DNA of 64,000 bases, taken from Takakia lepidozioides. Taxonomy: Eukaryota > Plantae > Bryophyta. Below are positions 1 to 19,863 of the stretch, piece by piece. Positions within the stretch are counted from its first letter, which is position 1. The number at the start of each line of letters is the position of its first letter. The notes beneath the pieces were generated by a model. The model did no database searches and had not been told where the DNA came from. It saw nothing but the letters and a program-made list of their open reading frames with translations. The position numbers and the translations under genes are program-made. The stretch lies in assembly GCA_030704615.1 (NCBI GenBank), contig CM060732.1, forward strand, positions 30,814,001 through 30,878,000, read 5' to 3'.

Positions 1-49
1 GTGGGCACAATGAAGATTGTTAATTAAGGGGAAGGTGGTATAGTGGATG

Positions 50-645
50 GGTGATTAGGGTTTCTTTCGGGTTTCTTTAGGGTTTTTATTCCCGCAGATG
101 CCACTGAATTTTTTTTCTTGTTTTTTCAGGTTTTTAGGGTTTCCTTAGGGGGTTCTTAGGGGGGTTTTATTTTCCCTGTAGATGCCCACTGAAAGCGGTG
201 TGCGGTGCCGCACACCCCTTTTCAGGGTTATTTATTTATTTATTTAGGGTTGTTAGGGTTTCTTTTTTAGTGTGCGGTGCCACTGAAAGAGGTGTCATGT
301 GCCGCACACCCCTTTTCAAGATTTTGTTTTTCTTTTTTGGGGGGTTTTTAGGGTTTTAATGGTTCTTTAGGTTTTTAAGGGTCTTTAGGGTTTTTTTAGG
401 GTTTTTTTTAGGTGTGCAGTGCCGCACACCCCTTTTCAGGATTTCTTTTCTTTTCTTTTTTTGGGGTTTTTTAGGGTTTTGTTTTTAGTGTGCGGTGCCA
501 CTGAAAGAGGTGTGCCGCACACCCCTTTTCAGGGGTTTCTTTAGGGTTTTTTTTTTTTTTTTTTTTTTTTTTTTCAGCAGATGCCACTGACCACTTTCAG
601 GGTAAAGTTTTTCTTAGGGTTTTTTTAAGGGTTTGTAGGGTTTTT
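50..645. repeat. Degenerate TTTAGGG-rich low-complexity tract with four copies of a GTGTGCGG-TG-CCGCACAC hairpin unit
   Basis: More than 10 TTAGGG(TTT) motifs; the unit 'ctgaaag..gtgtgcggtgccgcacaccccttttcag' and variants occur at ~190, ~270, ~411 and ~488. Confidence 0.75.
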
Positions 646-1499
646 CCCGCCTCTCATTGTTTGATAATAGCGATTTTAATGCGGGCACGTGTGGTTGCGG
701 GTGGGGCCCGCATGTGGGAGAGGGGGTCGTAGGTGGGGCGCCCCTACCCGGGGTCAGTTTGCTTGGGTGAGCCGCCCCGGGCGCGCGCCAGGGAAGTGAG
801 AGGGGGAAGCGAGTGTGTCGGGCAGTTGACAGTCATACCTATTCATTGAAGCCGTGTGCTCTTCTTTCATAATGGGGTCTAATATCATCATACCGTACAT
901 GCCTATTCCCACGGTTATAGGTCCAGTGGAAATAAGTACTCTTTTTTTACCGCCCGTCCTGTAGCATTTGCTGACATGGCCTTCGCTCGCATTGACGTGG
1001 CGTGAGGGTGGGCTCACGCCACGTCAGCCCCGTGTGAGCGTGCGCTCACCGCTCAAGCCGTTGCGTCGTTCTTGTCAAGCTAGTTTTCGCAGTTGAATTG
1101 AATTACGCACTTTTAGGGGGTTGATCAACTGAATTGCGATGCATTTCACATCCAGGCCTTTTTGGAATTCCCTACCTGGAGTGCGTTGCAGCTAGGAACG
1201 CCCGCGCCAGGCTGACAAGTGTGTTACGGAACGCAAGCCCAACGTTGTTCATGCTCAGGAAAGAACCGGGGCACGGGGGTTCTGCCCTCGTGGGGGCGAA
1301 AACTGGTGAACCCCCTTGCCCCGGTTCTTTACCCTACACATGACAGGCCATGGAGGCTAAAGAAGGGGACACCACCCCGGAACTTCAGTGACAGGGGTAG
1401 GTCCTAAGGGAAATTAGAGAAATGAAGAACAATGGAGATAAAAACTAAGGGATCTCTTGTCTACGCTTGGAAGGCTCAAAAGAGAGTTGCGCCTTGCCA

Positions 1500-4400
1500 T
1501 CTTTCTCTACGAATACCACGCTTGTGCCTCCAGTTCATGTCTGAATGTTTCCCATCCGCAGGAGAAAGTCGAGTGCTAATTGAACTGCCAGCACGCCAGG
1601 AGGGTGTCGTTCCAGTCAATAGAGGTATCTGAGGTTCTGTTGCAGAGGTAGCCATTCTTCACCCAGGTGTTGTCATGACATGTGAGTAATTGCCTTCTTC
1701 TCCCCTCAGAACCTTTGGAAAGAGCTGCACACAGCACGGTCCAAGCTTTCCTGGCTTCAGACAACAGGTCTGAGTGGATTCTATACATAATATAAATCTT
1801 TCTGACACAACGAAACTGTCCACTGTAACATTTGGATCTCCAAATGTGCCAGCGTGTATGTGCTCTAAGGACTACCCACATCGGGCAATGGCTCCAGACC
1901 GGTGAGATTGGACATTTCACAGCAAAACAGTAGCATCATTTGTGCAGGAATCATTCCACAGAGCATAGAAATGTAGAGCCCGATCCCAAATAGACAAAGA
2001 AGGAGGGGCAATGTAGCAAACGGTGATCTAATGATTCCGGAACACCTAGAGTGCAGCGGGGGCAGATATGAAAGAGACTTGAAAGAAAAAACAGGCAAAA
2101 TACGGTTTTGCCAACTTCCACAAGAATCCGGAAATTTTAGCCGATCTTTCTTTTTTCCAGATATCCGCCCAAATGAGCTTCCATGGGAGCTCCGAGGGAT
2201 AGAGATGACTCCATTTGTTCTGCATAAGGAAAGGCGGGTTCAAGAGAGAATAGCTGAGCTTCACATTGTAAGCAAAGAAGGGAGCATGGTCTGCATACAT
2301 CCAGGCCCATTCTACTAGATCGAATTGCAGAATCTTCAAGGGTTTTGTAAGAAACCATCTAAAGCTTTCTGAATAGCTCTTAATATCCTCTGGCAGGCTA
2401 GGGTCAATTTCCCAATGTGCATGTAGAAAACACGACTGGCAACTAATTGACTATCCTCCATTGAGGCCTAGGTGGGGTCATAAAGATCACCCAAAGAGTT
2501 GGCCCGGAATTTCTCCAAAGATGATATTATCGCACCTGGTGATAGCATAGAAAGCAGAAGATACAAGATCGCTGCTTACTCCCAACCAAACAAGAAGTGA
2601 TCTCCGATTTAGCGGCAGGGCACAAAGAGAGATCCAGGACTGAGGAACGTTCTGAATGATAAGCTCAAAGGCAGATGCTCTTCTTGTAGAGAGAGTGCCC
2701 AAGACTTGCTGTGTAGGGATAGACTTACCAGACTCCCATATGTGAGTAAAGTGCGAGAAATCTGCAACTTCCCAGAAAGCCCACCTGTAGTTGCGTTTAA
2801 TTAAAAGATCCGAGTCTAAGTTAAAGTTTAGGAACAACGGACGGCGAAAGAGGTGTGCGCTGGGAGAGGAAAGGCATGATCTTCAGCCATGAGTTCCAGA
2901 TGGAGATTCAGGCCTTTGAACCAGAAAGCAGTGCCTTTGGTGGTCTCGGGCCCTGGGTCAACCATTGAAGGGATCGAGGCCAACATGTGTTCGAAGGTAT
3001 AGCCGATGATGCCTAACCAAGAGACTCCAAGGACTATTAAGATGCGTAAGCATACGGGGAGTCCACTTGGCAAGAAGGGCAATAATCTGCTTATAAGGAT
3101 CCAAAATGCCAAGGCCACCAAAGCGTTTCTTCTGAGTAATCTGCGACCAGCTAACTAATGCTCTTCTCTTCGAAGAGGATAAAATTGCTCCCAATAAGAA
3201 GTTACGCACTAAGGATTTGATTTGATTGACAATATCACAGCCAAGGAATTAAACTGCAGCAATAAACCATGTTGAAGCCAAGAGGACCTGATTCGCAGCA
3301 AGGGCTCTACCAACTATTGAGAGATGAAATGAACTCCAGTGGAGCAAGAGTCTTTTTGAACTTGGAAATAACTGTAGCACATCTGCATTGGTCCGAGAGG
3401 TCATGCCCAATAAGGTGACCTAGAAGACTATGTGATTGCCCATACTGAAGCCATATGAGGCCAAGATCTTGACCCTAGGGAGTAGAATGAGTGCGATAGG
3501 AAGAATTATTGAACTTAGAGAGGATAGCCCCGCATTTGGGCCAGTTTACTTTTAGTCCCGAAGCAGAACAGAACAACTGAACCGATTGCAAGGTACGAGA
3601 GACATTGTCATTGGAGCTGTTGTCTACCAGGAGCATGGTGTCATCCGCATACATATAAGGAGTCTGCAGCGACTAAGAAAAGGAAGGGAGCGAGTGGGCA
3701 ACCTTGCCTGACAGAACGATAGAGAGAGAAGGAAGTTGACAAAGCAGCGTTAACCACCACTCTACTTGATACAAATAACAAAAGAATTTTAATCTACTAA
3801 AGGAAATCCCCGTTGATACCAACTTTTTGCAAAGCACCGATTAAAAAGGGCCAATCCACATTGTCAAAGGCCTTCTCAAAGTCAAGGAGAAGAAGAGCCA
3901 AGGGTTGGTCAGTGGTTTCAGCATGAAAGAGAGCTTCATGAGCCAACAAAATATTGTCCAAGACCATCCTATTCCTAAGGCAACATGTCTGCTTTAGATG
4001 AATTAGCTTAGGAAGCAAAGGCTGGAGACGAAGGGGCATCGTCTTTGCTATAATATTATAAGAGGAGTTGAGCAAAGTAATTGGCCTATAATTGGTCAAG
4101 AGATCTCTATCCTCTTTCTTGTGATTGAGTGTAATCACCCCTTGAGATAGCTAAGAATGTAAGATCCCCTTAGAAAGGACATCATTCGCCATAGCTAAGA
4201 AGTCGTATCCAATTTGACTCCATAAGGCCTTGAAGAGCTCCAACCATCTAGGCCAGGGGCCTTGTTCGGGCTTAGGATTCAATGGCAGTAAGCAACTCCA
4301 AGTTGATGAACAGGCTGGAGAGGCAAGATTGCTCACTGTCCGAAAAGATGGAAGGAATAGAGCCAAACAGAATGGCCGCTTATGTTAGCAGAATCAGTGA

Positions 4401-5680
4401 GGCGAGGCCCGAAGACTAGATTACCAAAGTATTGCGTCGCAAAACGGGCCATGTCTTAATTTGGCTTGCTAATGTGGTGCCCTAGATTAAAATGCAACGA
4501 AGAAATAGAAGTGGCCGCTTGACGTTGCTTGATTTTTTGAAAGAAGTAAGTTGACATTTTTTCGCCTTGGAGTGACCAATTAATACCGGCTTTCCTTTGT
4601 AATGCTTTCTCCTTCAGAAGTGTTAAGGCTGCAAGGTTTCTCTTTGCAGCTGATAAGGAATCAAAAGTCTGAGGACCCACATTACCCTTCTCCACAAGCC
4701 ATTGACAATGCGAAACGCATTTAATGAGGGCTCTTTCCTTCGCTTTACGGGCCCAGGCGGCTTTCCCGGAAATGGATTGTGCGGCCTTCCTAATTTCCCC
4801 CAACTTCAACAGAAACCTCCGGGTAGGTGAATCAGCGTCATTGCCCGAGGAAGACCAGACGTTGGCTAGCTCCATAAGAGAGGGGGGATGAGCTAACAAT
4901 GAAGGGTTTAATTTAAAGTAACTCCGACCGTTGAGGTGAACCCGGGAGGGGCAAAAGCAATGGAGACCTTTGTGTGATCGAAATCCGGAAGGATAGGGAG
5001 CTCGGTCGAAGTAGGACTCCCCCAGGATTTAGCAATATATCCTACAAGTCTCGCCATACAAAGATTCGGCGGTGCTTTGTTGTTTGTCCAGGGACAACCA
5101 GCATGTAGCCTAGTGGTAATGGGCACATACCACGTTGGATGTGGTTGTGGGTTCAAACCACGGTCTGGTGTGTCATGAAGGTGTCCACCTTTCAGCTAGA
5201 AGGCAGTAGCCCTTGTGGTGAAGAGACACCATAAGTTACGCTCCTTTCGGGAGGCGTCATCTATATATATATTCCTTGTTTGTCCAGGTATAAGTTCGGC
5301 CAAACTCGTAAGTGTCCAAAATTTTTCCACCATGTTATCCAGTGAGTGATCCAAGGAAGAGAGACAATTTTATACGATCAGACGAGCTGTTTGGAGCATA
5401 AATGTTCAAGATTGCATAAGCACCAAATGATGTTGTGGGGAAAGTGAAGGCATATTGAACTCTACCTTGGACCCAAGTTTCCACAGTCCTAAAAAAGGTC
5501 GAGATAGAAATTAGGATAGCAGTTCCCCCATGAGAGTCCAGCTTATGTTCTTGCAGGAAAATGATTGAATTGGAAGAAATGAAGGAAGAAGCCCAACGTT
5601 GAATGCGCCTTCGCTTTGGCATAGAAGCGTCCGAACCGATACTCTGATGTTCCAGGAGGTGAGAGACCAGGTCATGTGGG
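1500..5680 (-). mobile_element. Degenerate L1-like LINE ORF2 (APE endonuclease, reverse transcriptase, zf-RVT), frameshifted
   Basis: EN motifs FLQEHKL and LNIYAPN (5335-5622); RT motifs NYRPITLLN, LLLLDFEKAFDNVDW (3797-4138) and YADD at ~3640-3651; GGLGILD (~3110); WADIWKKERSAKISGFLWKL (2046-2339); many stops. Confidence 0.92.
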
Positions 5681-8600
5681 TACGAAGCAATCCTTACCAG
5701 AATTTGAAATTTCAGGTAGCGTGCAACATTTTTTTCTTAATTTAAAAAAAAGGAAACCTGGGAGCGACAGCCCACAGTTCAGGCTCTTTTTTTTTTTCCC
5801 TGGTGCAACATAGTATGCGAATGTCCTATGAGTCATATGTGCCACCCCTGCACCAAAATTATCTAAAAATTAGGGTGACCTGGATACCGGACAAACCCGT
5901 CACAACCCTAACAGGAGGAAGGTATATAAAGCCATTGGCAGTATCCCCAATTTCTCTGTTTGGCGGCTGCTCTCTCTCTTTCAACGAGGTGTTGACTTAA
6001 AATGGACAGCATTGCGCGACTTGCCAGTGACGATGACCAGGCTTGGCCCCGTTCGTCTTTGTCACATTTTACCAGGGGTTTGCGTCTTTGTGGAAGTTTT
6101 CATTCCGTCGTTTTTTGGGGTTTAGGATCTGGGGAGGGAAAGCCCTATCTCTTTGTTTGGTTCAGGTTGGTGAGGATCTAGTAAGAAATGGTGATCAAGG
6201 GCTCTAAGCAGGAGAAAATGTCGCGTACGACCCAAAGCTCTGTGATCTGCTGCACGAGTTCTCGCCGGTGTTGGTGTGTCCGGCTGATAATGTCCGGTCC
6301 ACACAGCAGCAAGGGAGGGGATTGAGACCCGAGTCTGTGGTGCTCATGGGCAAGAATACTATTGATGAAGCGGTCCATCCGCATCCATGCGGAGAATACT
6401 GATAACGACGCCTACCTCAACCTTCTACCCCTTCTTATGGTATGTCCGAGCTTCCCCCTTGCATAAATAGTAGATTGCAATTCTTTCGAAGTAGAGTCTC
6501 GATATTGAACGACGGATGAATGTCAGAGAGGAGTGCAATTTGACCTCAGATCTGTACTGGTATTTGATTTCTAGGGCCATCTGGTGAAGGTTCTGGGAAC
6601 AGTGTTCTTCTTGCGGGGAAAAGGAAGAAGTGAGGTGATGAGCATGTATAACCGACTGGTTTGAATGTCTTAATGATGGCATCTATTGCTTCAAACTTAA
6701 TGATTCTTTCCTCTCATCCTTGAGCGTTGGTGTCTTGTGCAAAGGTTTGTTTTAGTCTTACTGGATAGAGATTATAAAGGCGGCTAGGCCCTCCGTGCGA
6801 TTGTGCCCTAGATTTCCGGGAAACGTTCAAGCATTTTCATCTCTAATTCAATCCTATTCAGGAATATCGTCTGTCGGATCCTTTAGTTGGAGGAGGGTAT
6901 TGTAGTTGCATCTTGCTATGTGACAAGTTGCTTAGAAAATCCCTGGCTCTCACAGCTCTGGCTTCTTACGCCATTCCAGCCACCCTTGCGGGGATTGTCA
7001 AGTCTTCACTTTCCACGGCTTGTCTCCATTGTACGTTCAAGTCTCGCCGATGTCAATGAAACCTCCAGCTCTCGCTGGCCCTGTGAACCATTATTGAGGC
7101 CATGTCACATTGACTCAGGTTATTTGCTACTCCCATCGCCCTTCCTAAGAAGACGGGTGAAAGATGCGAAGAGAATTGATGAATTGAATCTCCTACAGGT
7201 TTGCGTGCCTGATTTATGGCACTTATTGCTTCAAGTTTTTTTTCTCTCTCTCCCGCCTCCTTTCTCCAATTCATTGATCTTTCAGTTGTACGGATTTCCA
7301 GAACTTCTAGCTATCCTTGCACCCTATCTTCCCACTCGTATCCCCTCTCTTGAGCACATTGTCATGCTATCTTCATGTCCTAAAGCTTGCTTCCACTGGA
7401 TATGAAATTCACAGTACCTTTCAACGCACCATTATCTCTATTTGACCCTTTTCTATGGCTTGACTGGGATGCTTCGCTGATTTTGTTCACTCGTGAATGG
7501 GGGAAATGAGGCCAAGAGAAATGATATGTGAGGTTAGTCTCGTCATTTGACATTCAGAAATAGTGACACGTGTTTTCAGAACTTCTGATCTTTCTTACTT
7601 CTTTTTCTCCAACTAGGGTTTTTCTTGTTTGTTCGATGACATTCTACGCTTCCTTAGTTCAAATGTTGTTAAAGTCGTATTGGACGTTTTGGTGGTCAGT
7701 TGTGGAACAACTGCTCTTACATTAGGTTGTTGTGGTGGTCTCTCTGGTGCATATCTGTCTTTGACCATTTGCCTGAATGGTCGCTGTTGCTTAGTCTTGT
7801 TTTCTGGTTATGCTCTTTTTTGGTCAGGGAGTTCAGCAGGCTGCAGTGATGATTTGGATATTCCTAGCAGGTTTTGAGCTCTTGACTAAGGGCGTTGAAG
7901 AAACTTCCCAGAAACTCAATACCACCTGAGCAGCTCTGCTTGTGTGCAAATCATGCTCTTCTCTCAGGGTTGTCACAAGTCCTTTAGTCTATCTCCATTA
8001 TCCTATTGGAAGTCATGTCAAGCCTATTAACCAAGGAAGCTGGTGCTTACTTCCTAATCTGGGTTCAGTATTGGCTTCATTCTTTTGAGTCAGACATTTT
8101 CTTACCTGCAATGATATTGAATAGTACGGTTTGGAGCAGATTATGGCATGTATAAGTTTCAAACGATAACCTGCACATGAACAGTTGGACTAGTGTTTTG
8201 TAAAAACATCAAGCGAGTGATGTTGTATGGCAGGGTAATGTTGGGCTTATTTTCACAACAGTGATTTGATGGAAGTAAGGGAGAGGTTGGAAAATGTGGT
8301 ATGTTCTTCGTATCCTCCACGATGTGGCCTGATGCGCCGATTTTCAATTGTGTGTTAATGTCCATGTAGGTTTTGGGCAAAAGGTACCTGCTGTAGGCCT
8401 AACATGGTAGACATATGTATTATTGCAGTAGTCACTGAAGGTTACTGCAAGGACTGGCCTGCACCACCTGGGTCCGAATGTTTTTTTAAGCTTGTATCCA
8501 TGTGGTTGTGGGTGCAGGTTAGGGCCTCTGCTCCTGGGGCCCCATTGATATTAGTGCCGCCTGGAAACACTGGGCTGGATGCATCTCAAACTTATTTCTT

Positions 8601-11134
8601 TCAGGTCCGGACTCACAGCTGTGCCTCTCTCCCTGTGTCATCTATCTTGTCCATATTAATTTGGACTTTTTAATGTATCTCGGAGGCCTCTTATCCATTG
8701 ACTTTGCTAACTACTTTCACAATTAACTTGCTACTGTAAGGTTCTCAACATACCCACCAAGATGAATGAGGGAACAGTTGAGAGCATTGCTCCAGTTGAA
8801 CTGATTCAAAAAGGAGAGAGTGGGTTCTTCAGAGGCTGCCTTGCTGGTGCTTGCTTGTCATAAGATCTATGACAATGGCTGTGTGTTCGACCCTGCTGTG
8901 ACCATGGAAGACTGCAGAAATTGGTTGCTGGAATTGCACCTGTGTTGTTCCTCTCATTGGCTATTGGCGCTACCTAACAGGGCCGGCGGCTCCTCACTAC
9001 TTTGTGAATTCACACCAAAATGTATTGGCTGTAGTAGTGTTTTTCTGGGCGAAAATTTGCCAGATTTTGACCTGAGAAGATATGGGTACCAAGGAATTAT
9101 AGGGGGTAAAACCTGAAGAATCTGCCCAAAAAGTCCTCTACTTTGCACAATTATGGCAAAATGTAAGGGTCATATACAAGGAGCTACTTTGGTTCCAGAT
9201 GTTACTTGGTCAGTGTAGTGGTCTCAGGTAAGTTTCCCTCGATTGTTGCCCCTCATGGTGCGAAGGTGTGATTCCAGGCTCCTGACCATTCGACTTCCGG
9301 GTGAACTGAGCGTGGATGAACAAGTGATGACTGATGCAAAAGTAACTACGATGAGCTGGACCTGATTAGCATTAAATAATGAGTTCCAACAGCTAGTTTA
9401 GCACGCAAGAAGGTTTGTCATGCAAGAGCTGCCATCCTTCTGTGCTTTGGGTGGATTGGCATCTGGCTATCCAATAGGAAAAGGTCACATAGCCTTGTGA
9501 TTAGATTAAACCTACATGAACCTGGAAGCAGAGGCTAACCAGGAGGTGTACGATTTGGTGTTCAAGAGTGTGGTGACTCTTGGATGAATTGTGCGTACTC
9601 TTGCATGTTTTCATAGCAAACCCTTCCTCTGCAGTAGATCCGGACTTCTCTGCAAGTCTTGCTTTACAACTACATTCCCCTTTGCAGGTCCCCATTAAGT
9701 CAGACGAAGAGGGAATAACCAACGGGAAGAGAATCTTGCTTCGCAGGCCAAACGTATTGACAAGGAGGAAAGAACAAGGAGACCAGCCCCCGTTCATAAT
9801 ATATTCTCTGAAGATTCTTTAAATACGAAGAATATCCTTTTCTGCTGCCTGAGCACACACACGCTCATTTCAGCCATTACCTAACGTCCAAGACCTTCAC
9901 AGCACAGCGTTAGCAGTCTACTTAAGGTAAGCTTAGCTGTGTTTTCATGGAAGGAGCGCGAGCATGGACGGGAGTGGCGAAGCCCAAGGATATGTATGCA
10001 TCTCAAGGATGTCACATGTGAAGAATGGAGCCAACACATTGCCCTTCAACTACAATTGAGGCATTGATATTTCACGAGCAAAGGGAATCCAGTGAATTGG
10101 GCTCCAATAGATGAGGTCTTTCACCTGGACGGGCAGGCATGGCCACCAGTTTCCAGCCCTGGGCTGGAATTTGATTCGCAGACAGCTGAAGACGGAGTCC
10201 TCGTCTCCCTCTCTCGTCCGTGGTATTTGCGGCACTTCTGCGCAAGAGGTTTACAAGGATGTTGTGGATGAAAATGCAACAGTCTCACCTAGAGGTTTGT
10301 GGTGCTTTACTGCAGTGTGCAACTCACCTTAGGGAGGAAACGATTGCAAGCAAAAGTATCTCTCCTCACATGAATTGTGGTGATTATCGGTATTGTGCTG
10401 CAACTACGATCATTCCCTTCCATGGAACTGCCTATTATCGTTGTACCTATAGTGCCACAGATACAGGCGTCTAACGCCCTTCATGGAGGCGCTCCTGCAG
10501 CTGGAAAAAAAATTCCATGGTTGCTTGCGGTTTTTGTTTGGATCTTCTCTCCGAAAACGAAATTTTCTCTTCGAGACTTTCGATCCGATAGTCGAAGATG
10601 GGGAAAAACAAACCTATGATCGACTGGACCGTAAGCTCCTGCTTTCTAATAACTGACACGGGGACGGAGTGCCTCTTGCTGGTATGCCTGTGATCTTGAT
10701 GTCTAATAACTGACAGCCTGTGACAGATATTAGAGAGTGCAACTCTGAGAACAGAAAGATGTACTCGTTCCGAGGTAGTTCCCAAAATCGAATGAAACAT
10801 TTAGCTGAAACCAACGACGCTCGTCACCCTCTCTAGCCTATATCCGAAGCTGACTGATCTGCCGGATCGGCCATTCTCTCAGCTGGGACCAAGTTGGGCA
10901 AACGTTCTCCATTGGCAACTGTGGGTTTAACCCACCAGCAAGGGACTGACGCTGGAAAATTCTCTTTTGTCCAAAGGTTGTGCACACTTTAGAGCATTGC
11001 CTTCTATTCTGCTCAAAAGCCAAAAGAGTGTGGGCTGATTCATCAGGCTCTACAACCAAAAGTGCTTAGAAAATTCTAAGAAGGACTAGCTCACGTTGAA
11101 GCATAGCACAGATTAACTGAGTTTTGCCATGCAG

Positions 11135-16611
<5,477 letters not shown>

Positions 16612-18499
16612 GCTTCATTACTCCTCTTGACCCACCAGGTTTGTCCATGATCACACTCTTCGGACTAACAAGTAAATCAACTTGCAGCATTTTGTTGACT
16701 ACGCCGCAGTACTTCAAATAAAAATCAGAGGTCTGGTGTTGGCCTTAGCTTTGCCTTTCTGTGCGGTAAGGAAATTTGAGGTTTGATACAGTTGCTACAT
16801 AACCATTCTGGTTTTGCAAGGGAGAAACGTCCATGTATATTGTGTTCTGAAGGCAATGGTACTCTATTGGGTTGATTTATTTGGGCATATTTGATATCAT
16901 TTCCAAAAAGAAAAAATAACACAACACGGCTGTGGCCCGGTGGTAAGCCACTTGTGTATTGGCCTGTTGGTCTGGGGCTCAAATCCCTGTCATTTGTCTC
17001 TTACTTTGGTTTGGGTCTCTGCCCCTGTAATGCCTCCATGGCTCAGAAAGGGGGTTAACCTTCCCCCTCAAGGCCCAGTTGCTGCGGCTGGTGTTTCCTT
17101 GGAAAAATAGAAAGTAAAAACTAAGCTTTAAATCAAAGTAAAATAGCTGAGTATTGGCTTGCTAGACTTGGAAATTTAACCTTGCAAAACATTTAACAGG
17201 GTAAAGGAATGCTGGTCGCCAGGATTCAGAGCCAACGTTTCAGTGGATTTATCTCTCTTGGAATTGTGCTCAGCCTTGCCAGTAGGGTATCAGATCACTC
17301 AATTCCAGTTGAGGTTGTATTGGCATTCGAAAACGCATGCAGAGAGAAAATTTTACATCATGTCTTGACCATTTTTGGCTTCCACAATACTTTCTGGAAT
17401 TGATCAATACTATCTGAAGTCCCTGATTTCCTGATTTTTGAAATTATATTTGCACAAACCGGTCAAACACACTGAGTTGCTGAGTTTCAATCCCAGGGGA
17501 CAGCAGCTCCTGATACTATGTCCAGTCCTTGCAGTTGACTTGCATTGTAAGTTTGTTATTTCAGAGTCATTAAGGCCAACAAAGATATGCTTCTCCTTTT
17601 CTGTGCTGTGGAAGGGCTAGGTGTGATCAGTGATGTGAATTGTGGCAATGGCTTACCTCAAGTTCACATTGATGGTCGGTCTTCCCAGTAGGCTTCACGG
17701 AGTGGGTCCTGGGGGATGGTGATTGTTGTTCAGTTCAGGTGTATAGTACGGCTACCTTACTAAAGAGGGTATGTTGATGGATGCAGGAAAGACTTCACAA
17801 ATAAATGAGCTTTTTTGTCCTGTAGGATTGCACTGGTTTGCTTGGGTCTGCTTTGAAATAGCCGGGAGAGAACAATGCAAGAGTTGCACAGCCTCCTAGG
17901 AAGCATTTCTGCGCGTCAACACATTTCACGTGTGGGACGTCTATGCTAGAAAGTTAGCGATGAACATTTTTCAATGTCAATTGAATAGACCTTCAAGGTG
18001 CCTAGCACTTGCAAGCTTGTGCAGTTGCACGGTGATCAAGTGATTTTACAAAGGAGTGCGACATGTAGCTTCGGTTTCTGCCAGCATGGCTAACAGCCCG
18101 TCTTTTGTAGATCACTTCTAAGTCTGTGGAATTGCAATTGGAAAACTGATGCAACCTCAGGTGTGATGCGTCTGGAGATGCCGTCGACCCAATGACAAGG
18201 TTTGTAGGCACACCTAATGATTGGGAGACACTCCATGTTGGGGGTGGGTATCCCATGAGCATAAAAGGCGTGAGCAGGGAAAAAGAACAAGCGCGAGCAC
18301 AATACATGGTTATATTATAGGGGTAGTATATTTGCAAACTGAAATACAAGTCATAGGTGGACGTAGGGTGCTGCTACGTTAATAGGTTCAGTTACATTGT
18401 CTACCAGTATATTTTAGCTAAAACCCTCTGTAAAACAGAAATCTTTAATAAAGAAACATTACTTTTAATATGTATAACACTATAAACAGTATTTCGCTA

Positions 18500-18671
18500 G
18501 CGAAACTACTTCAAAATTTGTGCTCACACGAGCACAGTGAGTTTTGAAATTGAAAATCGAAAAATAAAGCTCTAAAGGGCTTCCTCCCCTTTCTCTCAAA
18601 AAATAAATAAATAAAGAAAAAAAATTAATAAAATTGAAAAGATATTTTTGCACAGTTTAAAGTAGTTTCGC
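18500..18671. mobile_element. Small AT-rich foldback / MITE-like element
   Basis: Imperfect inverted repeats gcgaaactacttcaaaatttgtgc (18500-18523) and gcacagtttaaagtagtttcgc (18650-18671) flank an A-rich core. Confidence 0.4.
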
Positions 18672-18877
18672 AACTTTGTCAGGCGAGTATTTGTGTTTTG
18701 CTGTAACATATTCTCTGGATAGTTCAAGAATCTATACTTTGCTGACTCAGAGGCTACCCAACTCCTCTATGTTACGATGAAGGGGTTTTAGTTACAAGTT
18801 TATTCAACTATTACATCTCAGAGAATAAACAGATGAATCACTTCAACTTAGTGAACATTTTTAAAAAATATATATAT

Positions 18878-19600
18878 AAAGGGAAACACCTGAGAGCGAC
18901 TCCTCACAAATCAGGCCCCTTAATTAGCTTCTCATTGGAAGATAATAGCATCTTCAATGTGCACAAGTGTGCCTGTGGCGGGGCCCACGTGTAGCAAAGT
19001 GGGTGGTTAGGGTTGGGAGCACTCATCGGAGGGTTTGCTGCGGCTCGGTTTGCTGCTGGGTCTGCCGGGCAAGCAGGTTCGTCTGATTCTCTGGCACAGA
19101 TTCAAGCCCCCAGGTATTATCAAACTCTTGGAGAAGAACCTATCATCGTCTTTGGCTACATCTGCAAATAGCTTCACGTAAAACCCGCCAAGTCTTTGGA
19201 GCCTCAGACTGAATGTTTGAATGAGTCTTATGCAAAATGGACTTCACACATATTATCTTGTTATCAAAAACTAAGGCACACCTAGCTTTCCAAATATTTC
19301 AAAGTGCATGGGATTTGAGAGTAGCACATACTGGGCAAGTTGACCGAAGGCCGGTTCCATTAGTGTAATTCAAAAGGATAATGGAGGAACAATATGAGGG
19401 TTTTCCAGCAGGAATAAGATTCGATGGATTGATGAGATCCCCACAAGCAGGCAGTTCCCATAGTGCTAAGCGCTTTCATGTTGAGGGGGAAGATCATGAG
19501 GTTAACTAGAGGCACTGTAGGACATGCAGAAGGGGAAGATTCAAGGCCCAATCGTCCTTCGAACCTCTTACTAGGAAAAGAGATAGGTAGTAGGTTTCTC
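18878..19600 (-). mobile_element. 3' remnant of a LINE
   Basis: Minus-strand IWKARCALVFDN (~19260-19298), similar to IWKARCSLLFEG at 51615; ends in the recurrent 3'-terminal motif at 18880-18921. Confidence 0.6.
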
Positions 19601-19863
19601 AAGCTTCCTTGTCTTAGCTATGCTTTTTTCATAGGCAGATTTGCTGCTCACTATCTGCTATGCTATGTTTCTAGATAGGCAAGGCACACTTTGTGTTTGC
19701 TTTGTGATCTGTTCTGTTCTGCTTTTGAGATAGGCAGACTCATTCTCTCCCATTTTTAAGATTGTGTTTGGTTATTCTCTTTATCAGCCTATAGGGCACT
19801 TTTAAGAGGTTATTTTTGTCTCTGTGTATCTTTTGGACATATTATGAGGGCCTCTTATTTTTT

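Noticed and set aside
186-535. CRISPR-like repeat-spacer array
   Set aside because: Eukaryotic context, irregular spacing, low-complexity spacers and no cas genes
6000-9800. Possible degenerate retroelement or gene
   Set aside because: Only short ORFs and no motif I can recognise with confidence; left unannotated
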